From the NCBI GenBank assembly GCA_963675665.1, contig OY776510.1, positions 4,128,001 through 4,192,000 on the forward strand: 64,000 nt of DNA, in the 5' to 3' direction. A program made the position numbers and the translations under genes. Numbering within the stretch: position 1 is the stretch's first letter; the number at the start of each line of letters is the position of its first letter. The DNA is from Spirochaetia bacterium (lineage in GTDB: Bacteria; Spirochaetota; Spirochaetia; UBA9216). This document shows, piece after piece, positions 20,844 through 30,303 of the stretch. The notes under the pieces are model-generated. The model saw nothing but the letters and a program-made list of their open reading frames with translations. It was not told the DNA's origin and made no database searches.

Positions 20844-20984
20844 ACCGGCTTATACCGGTTTCTTTTTCGAGAAAAAGAGAAGGATAAGTAACGACCTTCG
20901 GTCGTTTTGAACAAACTTTGTTTGTTCTCGCGATTGAATGGATATATTGAACCGGTCGTTGCTGAAAGAACTCAGGAGGACAAA
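20843..20984 (+). promoter_or_regulatory. Structured rpsB 5' leader with four tandem hairpins
   Basis: Hairpins at 20843-20860, 20861-20878, 20890-20906 and 20909-20927, then AGGAGG RBS. Confidence 0.5.
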
Positions 20985-21920
20985 TTGGCAGTAGTAACAA
21001 TGAAGAACCTGCTTGAGTCAGGTGTACATTTCGGACACCAGACCAAGAGGTGGGATCCGAGGATGAAAAAATTCATCTTCGCAGAAAGGAACGGGATTCA
21101 TATCATCGACCTTCAGAAAACAATAGTTTCCATCAAGGAAGCATATGAAGTTGTCAGAAATCTTGTTCACAACGGGCAGACTGTTCTGTTCGTAGGCACC
21201 AAAAAGCAGGCACAGGCGGCCATTCAGCGCGAAGCTGAAAGATGCGGTATGTTTTATGTAAACAATCGGTGGCTGGGCGGTATGCTTACAAACTTTTCAA
21301 CAATCAAAAAATCAATTCTCAGACTTAAAAAGATTGAAAAGATGGAGGTTGACGGAACCTTCGAAAGCCTCACAAAGAAAGAGGTTGCAAAACTCAATCG
21401 GGAAAAAGCAAAACTGGAAAAGAACCTCGGCGGAATCAAGGAAATGAAAGACCTGCCGGGCGCAATTTTTATCATCGATACAAGAAAAGAAGCAATTGCT
21501 GTTGCTGAAGCAAAGCGAATGGGAATTCCTGTAATCGCCATAGTTGATACAAACTGCGATCCTACAGATATTGATTATCCGGTTCCCGGAAATGATGATG
21601 CCATCAGGGCAATTACTCTGTTTACCCAGATTATCGCTAATGCTGTTGTTGAAGCCGATAACGAAATAGGTCTTGAAGTTATTGAGACTCTTCAGGATGA
21701 TGACGATGAAGACGGAATGTCTTTCAGCAGCGGCAGATCGGACAAAGACGATTATGACGACGACGACGATGACGACGACGATGAAAGCGATGATGAGAGT
21801 GAATCTGATGAACCTGAAACTGAAGAAGTTTATGATTCAGAAGCCGCTGAAGAACCTGAAGCCGAAGATGATTCTCAAACTGAAGAATCTGATAAAGAAG
21901 AGACCACAGGAGAAAAATAG
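20985..21920 (+). CDS. rpsB: 30S ribosomal protein S2 with long acidic C-terminal tail
   Basis: [23 protein letters not shown] and PGNDD motifs; TTG start after AGGAGG. Confidence 0.98.
   Translation: MAVVTMKNLLESGVHFGHQTKRWDPRMKKFIFAERNGIHIIDLQKTIVSIKEAYEVVRNLVHNGQTVLFVGTKKQAQAAIQREAERCGMFYVNNRWLGGMLTNFSTIKKSILRLKKIEKMEVDGTFESLTKKEVAKLNREKAKLEKNLGGIKEMKDLPGAIFIIDTRKEAIAVAEAKRMGIPVIAIVDTNCDPTDIDYPVPGNDDAIRAITLFTQIIANAVVEADNEIGLEVIETLQDDDDEDGMSFSSGRSDKDDYDDDDDDDDDESDDESESDEPETEEVYDSEAAEEPEAEDDSQTEESDKEETTGEK
21756..21782 (+). repeat. (GAC/GAT)9 poly-Asp trinucleotide run in the rpsB tail
   Basis: gacgacgacgacgatgacgacgacgat. Confidence 0.8.
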
Positions 21921-22766
21921 ATGGCAGACGTTAAACCAGCTGATGTAAAAAAACTCCGGGACAAGACCGGAGCAGGTATGTTGGATTGCAAAAAAGCTCT
22001 TGTTGAAGCTGACGGAGATTTCGCCAAAGCCGAAAAGCTTCTCAAGGAACAGGGCCTTGCTGCAGCAGCGAAAAGAAGCGACCGCGCAACTAACGAAGGG
22101 CGCGTTTTCACCAAAATAGAAAACAACAAGGCGGGAATTGTCGAACTTGCATGTGAAACCGACTTTGTTGCACGAAATGAAAACTTCATTAATGCCGGAA
22201 CAGAACTTCTTGACGCAATAGTCAGAGACAGTCTTTCCGAAATAACACCTGAGCTTGAAGAACAGGTTAAAATGGTAATCAGTAAGATCAAGGAAAATAT
22301 CTCTATCAAGAGATTTAAGACCTTTGACCTTGCAGACAGCGAATTCTGTATGGACTATATCCATGGCGAAGGCGGAATCGGCGTACTTGTAAAGATGTCC
22401 GCAGACAACAAAAGCCTTTTTGAGAATGAGAAGGTAAAAGAATTCGCTTTTGACTGTGCGCTTCATATTGCAGCCTTCAACCCGCTTTACCTTTCCAAAG
22501 ACGATGTGGACGAAGCATATCTTAACGAACAGACTGAAATATTCATGAAGCAGGCCCAGAATCTCGGCAAGCCGGAGAATGTTCTTCAGGGAATTGTAAA
22601 AGGTAAACTCGGCAAGCATTTTTCACAAATTTGCCTTCTTGATCAGCCTTTCGTAAAAGATGACAAAAACAGCCTTCAAAAGGTTCTTGACTCTGTCGGC
22701 AAAGAAGCCGGCGGCAAACTTAAAATCGAAGACTTTGTATATTACAGAGTCGGAGTGGAAGAATAG
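21921..22766 (+). CDS. tsf: Elongation factor Ts
   Basis: LRDKTGAGMLDCKKAL and ETDFVA motifs. Confidence 0.98.
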   Translation: MADVKPADVKKLRDKTGAGMLDCKKALVEADGDFAKAEKLLKEQGLAAAAKRSDRATNEGRVFTKIENNKAGIVELACETDFVARNENFINAGTELLDAIVRDSLSEITPELEEQVKMVISKIKENISIKRFKTFDLADSEFCMDYIHGEGGIGVLVKMSADNKSLFENEKVKEFAFDCALHIAAFNPLYLSKDDVDEAYLNEQTEIFMKQAQNLGKPENVLQGIVKGKLGKHFSQICLLDQPFVKDDKNSLQKVLDSVGKEAGGKLKIEDFVYYRVGVEE

Positions 22767-22868
22767 ATTTAATCCGCCTGACGTCAGAGCCCCTGTCGTC
22801 ACGGCGGCAGTTCGAAAGACCATCAGCTGCTCTGAAAAGAGCAGCCGCTTTCCTACAAGGAGATAAAA

Positions 22869-23423
22869 ATGCAGGAATCAATTTCAAAAGCCGAAAGCAA
22901 GATGAAAAAAACTCTTGCGGCACTAGAAGATGAATTCAAAACAATACGTACCGGCCGGGCATCAGCAGCACTTTTCGACCAGGTAAAGGTTGAAGCATAC
23001 GGTACGCCCACCCCGCTGAGTCAGGTTGCAACCGTCTCGGTTCCCGAAGCCAGACTTGTTGTAATTCAGCCCTGGGACAAGGGACTCCTTTCCGAGATCG
23101 AACGTGCCATACAAAAATCAGAACTTTCAGTTAATCCCAGCAACGACGGCAAGGTAATAAGAATAAACATTCCGCCCCTTACTGAAGACCGCAGAAAAGA
23201 ATTCGTCAAGGTTGCAAAAAACATGGCGGAACAAAGCCGTGTTGCAATAAGAAATATCCGCCGTGAAGCTAACGAAATTCTTAAGAAAAAACAGAAAAGC
23301 AGCGAAATAACAGAAGACGATGAAAAGAAAGGAACTGACGAGACTCAGAAACTTACTGATAAATATATTAATGATATCAACACCCTTCTCGAAGATAAAG
23401 AAAAGGAAATAATGGAAATTTAA
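22869..23423 (+). CDS. frr: Ribosome recycling factor
   Basis: IRTGRA, PPLTEDRR and RNIRR motifs. Confidence 0.98.
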   Translation: MQESISKAESKMKKTLAALEDEFKTIRTGRASAALFDQVKVEAYGTPTPLSQVATVSVPEARLVVIQPWDKGLLSEIERAIQKSELSVNPSNDGKVIRINIPPLTEDRRKEFVKVAKNMAEQSRVAIRNIRREANEILKKKQKSSEITEDDEKKGTDETQKLTDKYINDINTLLEDKEKEIMEI

Positions 23424-23429
23424 ATATAG

Positions 23430-24152
23430 ATGACGGATTTTCGGATTGATAAAAACAATCTGCCGCCTCATATCGCATTCATTATGGACGGAAACGGCAG
23501 GTGGGCTAAACAACAGGGCAAACCCCGGACAGCCGGACACAGGGAAGGACTTGAAGCAGCCAAGCGGATAGTTAAAGCTGCATCAGAAATGGGAATAAAA
23601 TATGTTACCCTTTACACCTTCTCTACGGAGAACTGGAAACGTACCAGGGACGAAGTATCTTTCCTGATGAATCTTATTAATCTGCATTTAAAAAAAGAAA
23701 TGGATTTTTACAGAAAGAACAGGATCCGGGTTGTTCACAGCGGAGATTCTTCGGCTTTACCCTTATCCGTCAGGCAGGAAATCAACTCCGTAATACAGTC
23801 AACATCAGACTTCAGCGGCACTTCGGTAAATCTCGCTATTAATTACGGAGGAAGGGATGAAATTGTCCGCTCGGTTAACAGATGGCTGGACAACCGGGAA
23901 TCAATAGGCAACCCGCAACTTACCGAAGCTGCAATATCGGAAAATCTGGACTGCCCTGATTTTCCGGATCCGGATCTGATCATCAGAACAGCCGGCGAAC
24001 AGCGTCTGAGCAATTTCCTTATCTGGCAGTGTGCTTATGCTGAATTCTACTACAGCAGTAAATTCTGGCCGGAATGGAACTCTTCCGATCTTGAAGAGGC
24101 TGTTTTGGATTATCAAAAGCGAAACAGAAAATTTGGCGGTATAAATGAATAA
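23430..24152 (+). CDS. uppS: Undecaprenyl diphosphate synthase
   Basis: HIAFIMDGNGRWA, FSTENWKR and RTAGEQRLSNF motifs. Confidence 0.97.
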   Translation: MTDFRIDKNNLPPHIAFIMDGNGRWAKQQGKPRTAGHREGLEAAKRIVKAASEMGIKYVTLYTFSTENWKRTRDEVSFLMNLINLHLKKEMDFYRKNRIRVVHSGDSSALPLSVRQEINSVIQSTSDFSGTSVNLAINYGGRDEIVRSVNRWLDNRESIGNPQLTEAAISENLDCPDFPDPDLIIRTAGEQRLSNFLIWQCAYAEFYYSSKFWPEWNSSDLEEAVLDYQKRNRKFGGINE

Positions 24153-24990
24153 TCTGGTTAAAAGAATACTTCTGGCGGTGTTCGCCATTCCTCTTCTGCT
24201 TGTTTTAATCTTCTTTCTTCCCCATTATCATCATCTTCTGTTGAATCTGGTGATTACCGGCTTGTCAGTACTCGGTGGACTCGAAGCCCGCAGATTGTTT
24301 TTGAAAAGAAAAACGGTGCTTAACCCGGTTAAGTCCGCAATTACTGCAGCAGTCTTTCCACTTTTCAGTATATTTGTAGTACTTGGTTATCTTCCGGAAA
24401 AAATGATCATACCTCTTCTTGCATTATCGATAAGCGTCCTTTTCATCAGGGAAGCTCTGATGCGTAGACAGGATTTAATCCAGTCGGTACTTGAAAGATT
24501 GCCGGCATACAGCTTTCTGCTGATTTTTCCCGGGTTCTTCATGTCGTTTCTTATAAGGCTTAATGCCTTTCCGAATTCTTCGCTGCTGCTGATAATTTTT
24601 CTGACCTTTGTGTTCAGCAACGATACTTTCGCTTACTTTACAGGGATGTTATTCGGAAAAAACAACAGGGGAATTTTCGCCGTAAGCCCGAAAAAAAGCA
24701 TTGCCGGTCTTATAGGCGGAATAGCGACATCCGGTATTGCCGGATATTTATACTACATCTTCTTTCCCGATATTTTTAATAATAACCCTGTCTATGCACT
24801 GTTTACCGGATTCGCAATCGGTTTTACATCGGTTATAGGCGACCTTGTAGAATCAGCATTGAAACGTTCTGCGGATGAAAAGGACAGCGGTACCCTTATG
24901 GGAGGCCGCGGCGGAGTCCTGGATTCTATTGACTCAGTACTGTTCAGCGCCCCGCTTTATTATTATTTGATTTACTTTTTTCAGAAATAA
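24145..24990 (+). CDS. cdsA: Phosphatidate cytidylyltransferase
   Basis: DTFAYF, SPKKS, GDLVESALKR and GGVLDSIDS motifs. Confidence 0.95.
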   Translation: MNNLVKRILLAVFAIPLLLVLIFFLPHYHHLLLNLVITGLSVLGGLEARRLFLKRKTVLNPVKSAITAAVFPLFSIFVVLGYLPEKMIIPLLALSISVLFIREALMRRQDLIQSVLERLPAYSFLLIFPGFFMSFLIRLNAFPNSSLLLIIFLTFVFSNDTFAYFTGMLFGKNNRGIFAVSPKKSIAGLIGGIATSGIAGYLYYIFFPDIFNNNPVYALFTGFAIGFTSVIGDLVESALKRSADEKDSGTLMGGRGGVLDSIDSVLFSAPLYYYLIYFFQK

Positions 24991-25000
24991 GAGTTTTAAA

Positions 25001-26143
25001 ATGAACCGTAAAAAACTTATCGTACTCGGATGCACCGGGTCTATCGGCAGAAACACAGCCACCGTATTAAAATCCAACAGGGAATATTTCAACGTTACGG
25101 GCATTTCCGCTCATACCGACGAAAGCAATCTTATGAAGTTTGCCGAAACATTCGATGTACAGAACATATGCCTGACCGGCCGTGAACCGTCGTATCCCGG
25201 AATCAATTATAAAGGTAATGACGGCCTCATCGAAATGATTAAGAACTCGGAGGCCGACATTGTTTTGAACGGTATTTCCGGCTCTGCGGGCCTGGCTTCA
25301 TCAATCGCTACCCTCGAATCAGGCAAAGATCTTGCGCTTGCAAACAAGGAAACCATTGTAATGGCCGGCGATCTGATTCTTGAACTTGCTGCAAAGAATA
25401 ATTCCGCAATTATTCCTGTAGATTCCGAACACTCTGCTATCTGGCAGCTGATCAGGGGGTTCAAAAAAGAATATATATCTGAGATTATACTGACGGCATC
25501 CGGCGGAGCATTTAGAAACAGATCAATATCATCGCTTAAAAATGTTACGGTGAATGCGGCGCTTGCCCACCCCACCTGGGAAATGGGTCCTAAAATCACA
25601 ATCGACAGCGCTACAATGGCGAACAAGGGGCTTGAAGTAATTGAAGCCCATTTCCTGTTCGGGATCCCGGCTGAAAAGATTAAAATAGTTATCAATCCGA
25701 AAAGTTATGTCCATTCGTTCATCAGAACCATTGACGGTTATCTTTACTCCCAGATTAGTCTTCCGGACATGTCCATCCCCATACAGAATGCCCTGAGCTG
25801 GCCGGAGATAATTCCGTCCAACTTTGCAGCGCTGGAGCTGCCCGGGGTATCTCTTGATTTTGAGGCGCTTGACGAACTGAAATATCCGATTGTCAGCAGC
25901 GCCTACCATACTCTGGAAAAGAAAGGGGCCTACCCTCTTGTTTTCAATGCAGCAAACGAAGTGGCTGTTGCGTCGTTTGTTGACGGGAGTATAGCTTTCA
26001 CTGATATAGCCGATATTGTAGACAAAACCCTGCAGAAAAAATGGCCGTCTCGTATTGATTCGTTTAACCATATCTTTGAGGTCGACTCGGAAGCGCGTGC
26101 TGTAACAATGAAACTAATCAATAAAATCGGACAGAATCTATGA
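25001..26143 (+). CDS. dxr: 1-deoxy-D-xylulose 5-phosphate reductoisomerase
   Basis: GCTGSIG, LANKE, PVDSEH, HPTWEMG and NKGLEVIEA motifs. Confidence 0.97.
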   Translation: MNRKKLIVLGCTGSIGRNTATVLKSNREYFNVTGISAHTDESNLMKFAETFDVQNICLTGREPSYPGINYKGNDGLIEMIKNSEADIVLNGISGSAGLASSIATLESGKDLALANKETIVMAGDLILELAAKNNSAIIPVDSEHSAIWQLIRGFKKEYISEIILTASGGAFRNRSISSLKNVTVNAALAHPTWEMGPKITIDSATMANKGLEVIEAHFLFGIPAEKIKIVINPKSYVHSFIRTIDGYLYSQISLPDMSIPIQNALSWPEIIPSNFAALELPGVSLDFEALDELKYPIVSSAYHTLEKKGAYPLVFNAANEVAVASFVDGSIAFTDIADIVDKTLQKKWPSRIDSFNHIFEVDSEARAVTMKLINKIGQNL

Positions 26144-27501
26144 TTATAAATATTCTTATTGGCATCATCGGCCTTGGAATTGTTGTTTCAATCCATGAAC
26201 TGGGACATTTTGTCGCTGCAAAGCTTACCGGCATTGAGGTTGAAGCATTTTCCCTGGGCTGGGGAAAACCTGTTTTCAGACATAAATTCAAGGTGACTGA
26301 ATTCCGCATTTCCGTATTCCCGGTAGGCGGCTACTGCAAAATGAAAGGCGAAGAAATGTTTCAGAAAGCCCTGAATTCCGGAAATCCTGAAATTCCCAAA
26401 GATCCGGGGTCACTGTTTGCAGCCCATCCGTTGAAGAGGATTCTCACATATATTGCCGGACCCGGATTCAATTTTATCTTTTCAATCATTTCGCTGGGAT
26501 TAATCTGGTTTATCGGTTTTACCACGTACACCTTTGAAAACAGGGTAATACTGCTGTCCGATTACCAGGAAACTGCAATCGAATCTCTTTATCCAGCGGA
26601 TATTGCAGGAATTCAGACGGGCGACAGAATTGTCGGAATTAACGGCAAACCGGTCAACAGTTTTTACGATTGCCAGAACTACATTTCCCGCAACCCGGAT
26701 AAACCGCTTAAGCTCGAGCTTGATCGTGACGGCAGCATTATTGAAACAACAGTTACGCCCGAACTGGATAAATCTACAGGTACGGGTTACATCGGCATAT
26801 CTGCCTGGATAGAACCCGTCATCAGTTTTGTTCAGCCTGATTCATCAGCCGCCATAGCCGGACTTGAAGTAGGCGACAGGATAATTTCCATAAACGGTAT
26901 TCAAATAATGCACCAGGTTCAATTGTCGGCAATCATCAGAAATAATCCGGGAAAGCTCGAAACAGTTTATGAACGCAACAGTTCCGAACAATCGGTTTTA
27001 CTGATACCGCATGTCAATGATGCCGGAATACCATATATCGGTGTTTCATTCGCCGGCGTCGAGATAAAATCTCCCAAACTTAATTTATTTCAGGCAATCG
27101 GACGCGGAGCGGGCGAAACATTTACAACCCTGGGCCTGAGCATAAAAAGCATCGGCCTTTTCTTTAAAGGGATTAACGTCAGCGAAGCCGTAGCGGGACC
27201 GGTCAAGCTGACCTATTATATGGGCCAGGCGGCTTCATCCGGTTTTAAATCAGGCATAACGGAAGGTTTTACAAATTTCTTCCGCTTTATGAGTCTTATC
27301 AGCGTTGCCCTGGGATTTATGAACCTGCTGCCGATACCGGTAATCGACGGAGGCATGATAATCTTTAACATAGCCGAGATTATCAAAGGCTCGCCGCCCA
27401 AAACCAAATCGCTGTACCGCTATCAAATGATTGGATCTTTCCTGATTCTTCTGTTACTATTGTTAGCTGTATTCAGCGATATAAATTTCATTTTCGGCTG
27501 A
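26140..27501 (+). CDS. rseP: RseP/RIP metalloprotease with two PDZ domains
   Basis: HELGH and [11 protein letters not shown] motifs; two AG...GDRI..ING PDZ motifs. Confidence 0.95.
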   Translation: MIINILIGIIGLGIVVSIHELGHFVAAKLTGIEVEAFSLGWGKPVFRHKFKVTEFRISVFPVGGYCKMKGEEMFQKALNSGNPEIPKDPGSLFAAHPLKRILTYIAGPGFNFIFSIISLGLIWFIGFTTYTFENRVILLSDYQETAIESLYPADIAGIQTGDRIVGINGKPVNSFYDCQNYISRNPDKPLKLELDRDGSIIETTVTPELDKSTGTGYIGISAWIEPVISFVQPDSSAAIAGLEVGDRIISINGIQIMHQVQLSAIIRNNPGKLETVYERNSSEQSVLLIPHVNDAGIPYIGVSFAGVEIKSPKLNLFQAIGRGAGETFTTLGLSIKSIGLFFKGINVSEAVAGPVKLTYYMGQAASSGFKSGITEGFTNFFRFMSLISVALGFMNLLPIPVIDGGMIIFNIAEIIKGSPPKTKSLYRYQMIGSFLILLLLLLAVFSDINFIFG

Positions 27502-27517
27502 GTGCAAGGGTTATACT

Positions 27518-28108
27518 ATGATAAAGATACCGTGTCATTGCGGAAATATAATTGAATCTGATCTGGAACCTGTAGTTGATCCCGGAGACGATCCGGATAT
27601 ATATACTAAAATAATCGAAGGCGACTTCATGACCTTTCATTGCCCTCAATGCGGAACAGACCTTAAAACCGAAACGGCACTGAGGCTTACAGACTCCGGC
27701 CGCGGAATAGATATCAGCTTCATTCCTGAACTTGATCGCGGAGAATATCTCAGCGGAAGAATGGATCTTCCCGGAAAGAGAGTTGCAATAGGATACAGAG
27801 AGCTTGTCGAAAAGATTGTTCTTGCAGGAGAAAACCTTGACGACCGCCTGATTGAAATAATAAAATTCAATCTTCTTGAAAAAGCTGATTCGAACTTAAT
27901 TAAGATCTATTTCAGCCACAGGGAAAATGATGATCTCATATTTCATATACACGGGCTGAAACCTGATCAAATCGGATTGTCAAGAATACCGGGAACAGTC
28001 TATACCAAACTGTTGCCGCAGCTTGATGATCTTCTTGGGAATGATGATATTAAACTTTTTACGGAAGGCCCGTATGTTTCCGTCAGCAGGATTTATCTGG
28101 AGGACTGA
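27518..28108 (+). CDS. CpXC-domain protein
   Basis: N-terminal CHCG and CPQCG knuckles; ELVEKI...LDDRLIEIIK motif. Confidence 0.8.
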   Translation: MIKIPCHCGNIIESDLEPVVDPGDDPDIYTKIIEGDFMTFHCPQCGTDLKTETALRLTDSGRGIDISFIPELDRGEYLSGRMDLPGKRVAIGYRELVEKIVLAGENLDDRLIEIIKFNLLEKADSNLIKIYFSHRENDDLIFHIHGLKPDQIGLSRIPGTVYTKLLPQLDDLLGNDDIKLFTEGPYVSVSRIYLED

Positions 28109-28111
28109 CAA

Positions 28112-30154
28112 GTGCGAAAATTAATGCCCCTGATTCTAATAATGTGTTTTACTTCTGTTTTTTCAGCATCGGCCGACGTTCCGCGGTTTATTATAAACAG
28201 CGGGCATACAGATGCTGTGTCTTCACTTGATTATCTTGAAGATGAAAGCCTTCTTTTTTCCGGAAGCAACGACGGGATGATTAAAGTCTGGAACAGCAAT
28301 ACAGGTGAAATTAAATTTCAGTTGCAGGTTTCACACATGCCGGTTTTGAAAATTGAGGTATGCAACGGAAAACCCTATGTGGCTGCGGTAATCAGCGACG
28401 GAATTAACGCGACAAACCTGGCTGTCTACAACTGGCAGACAGGCGATCTTGTATTTCGGAACAGACTTGCAGAAATGCCTTTGTTTCTGCTGTTTTCGCC
28501 CCAGGGAAACTTTTTAACATACGGTAAAACCGACTGGGACAGTCTTGTTTTCCTGGATACGGAAACGGGAAAACCGCTGAATCTTCTTTCAGAGGGCTTC
28601 GGCATAGTCTCATCGGCATTTATATCCAACAGTGAAAAAACACTGCTTACCTACAATAATTCCGGTTCAATCCAGTACTGGGACCTGGCGAATGGAAACA
28701 GAAAAACAAAAATAAACACGGCTGCGAATCTGGAATACATATCATTTACATCAAACGGAAGGTACATGACGGGGTACAGCGGAAAAGAGCTGTTGCTCAT
28801 CGATCTTCTTAAGGGAAATATAATCGATTCAATTTCCGCGGCTGCACTCAGCGGAACAGTAGTAGACCAGAAAAACGACAAACTTGTCTGGATAACCAAA
28901 ACTGCACGTGAAATAATATTCAATTCGGCGTTAATTACCGGCAGCGGTTTTACAAACACCGATGAAACAGTAATCAGAAACTTTGCCGCCCCTGCGGTAC
29001 TGCTTTCAAGCGGAGGCCGTATATTTACAGGCTATGATTCAGGAGCAATTTATAAAAAAAACAGCTGGTCGGACAGTATTGATCTTTTTTCGGAGAACAA
29101 ACTTCTGGAAATCCATGATTTTGCGATAAACGATACTGCACTTGCCATTACAGCTCCGGGAAAACTGCTCTCAATTTCATCGATTTTTTTCAAAAACAAT
29201 ATTTCCGGTATTTCAAGGGCCGAAGCCGCTTCAAATGTATTAAGCATTGATAATTCCGCTACATACGGCATAAGCTCCGGAAACCATTCGGATTTTCTGC
29301 TGTGGGAGTCAGACGGAACAACAGGCGGTTCAATACGAATTTTCAACAGTGAAACAGGCGATATAAACGAACTGGCCCTGATGTCCACCCCCCTTGTGTC
29401 TGCCGGTTATAAAAACGGAAGAATCCTTACGCTTGATCGAAACGGCGAATGCCGGATAATCAATTATAGCGACGGGACAGAGCAATTCAAATATGCTTCT
29501 TTCGGACTTCGTGCCGTTGATTTTATAGACGGCGGAAATATAATCGCCGGAAGGAACAGCTCTTCGGCCCTGCCCTCGCCCCTGCTGCATATCAATACAC
29601 GCACAGGTGAAACCGTTCCGGTTGAAGACAGTAATCTTCTTACTTTTGACCTCGAATATGACGAACTGACGCGCAAACTGTATACCCTGGGTTTTGAAGA
29701 ACGCGGCGGCATTATGCGCACGGTTCTGAAACAGCATACGGGCCGCAGTCACGACAGGGCCGAAACAATTCTTGCTGTTCCCGGCGAAGATTTCAGCGCC
29801 TCTTTTGCATCCGATACCGACAGTTCCAAACTGTTTACGTCTCTCGGGTACGACGGAGTTAAAATGCTCTACTGGGGAGGCTTCACCTCGCTGGAAAAAT
29901 CATTGAGTATTCCCAAAAAACTGAAACTAGAAGGAACACTTCTTGCATCGTTGAACCATGATTCATCTTTTACAATCTTCAATTCCTCAAACGGTTCCAA
30001 AATCATGGATCTTTTTATTTTCAGCGATCTGAGCTGGGCTGCGTTGCTCTCCGACAACATGTTTTACGTATCAGCAGGAGCGGAAAAATATATTACGGTA
30101 TATGACGGAAATACGGACCGCGAACTGCGAAAAACTGAATATATGATTAAATAA
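28112..30154 (+). CDS. Exported WD40 beta-propeller protein
   Basis: Signal peptide; GHTDAVSSL...SGSNDGMIKVWN and further WD repeats. Confidence 0.85.
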   Translation: MRKLMPLILIMCFTSVFSASADVPRFIINSGHTDAVSSLDYLEDESLLFSGSNDGMIKVWNSNTGEIKFQLQVSHMPVLKIEVCNGKPYVAAVISDGINATNLAVYNWQTGDLVFRNRLAEMPLFLLFSPQGNFLTYGKTDWDSLVFLDTETGKPLNLLSEGFGIVSSAFISNSEKTLLTYNNSGSIQYWDLANGNRKTKINTAANLEYISFTSNGRYMTGYSGKELLLIDLLKGNIIDSISAAALSGTVVDQKNDKLVWITKTAREIIFNSALITGSGFTNTDETVIRNFAAPAVLLSSGGRIFTGYDSGAIYKKNSWSDSIDLFSENKLLEIHDFAINDTALAITAPGKLLSISSIFFKNNISGISRAEAASNVLSIDNSATYGISSGNHSDFLLWESDGTTGGSIRIFNSETGDINELALMSTPLVSAGYKNGRILTLDRNGECRIINYSDGTEQFKYASFGLRAVDFIDGGNIIAGRNSSSALPSPLLHINTRTGETVPVEDSNLLTFDLEYDELTRKLYTLGFEERGGIMRTVLKQHTGRSHDRAETILAVPGEDFSASFASDTDSSKLFTSLGYDGVKMLYWGGFTSLEKSLSIPKKLKLEGTLLASLNHDSSFTIFNSSNGSKIMDLFIFSDLSWAALLSDNMFYVSAGAEKYITVYDGNTDRELRKTEYMIK

Positions 30155-30303
30155 CTGATAAATTCTGAAAAAAAACAGTTATTAAAAAACACTTTCAGTT
30201 AATCCTATATATAATAAAATTTTACCGATAACTTAATATTAATTTCAGTATGGAATTCCCGGTATTTTTGTGATAAACTCGAATTGTCCGGAGGCCTGTT
30301 TTT

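Noticed and set aside
21837-22619. 260-aa antisense ORF over tsf, and the many similar shadow ORFs
   Set aside because: Antisense to well-conserved genes, with no motifs or RBS; explained by codon bias.
22767-22868. Absence of pyrH between tsf and frr
   Set aside because: This is the usual arrangement in spirochaetes and no pyrH remnant is visible.
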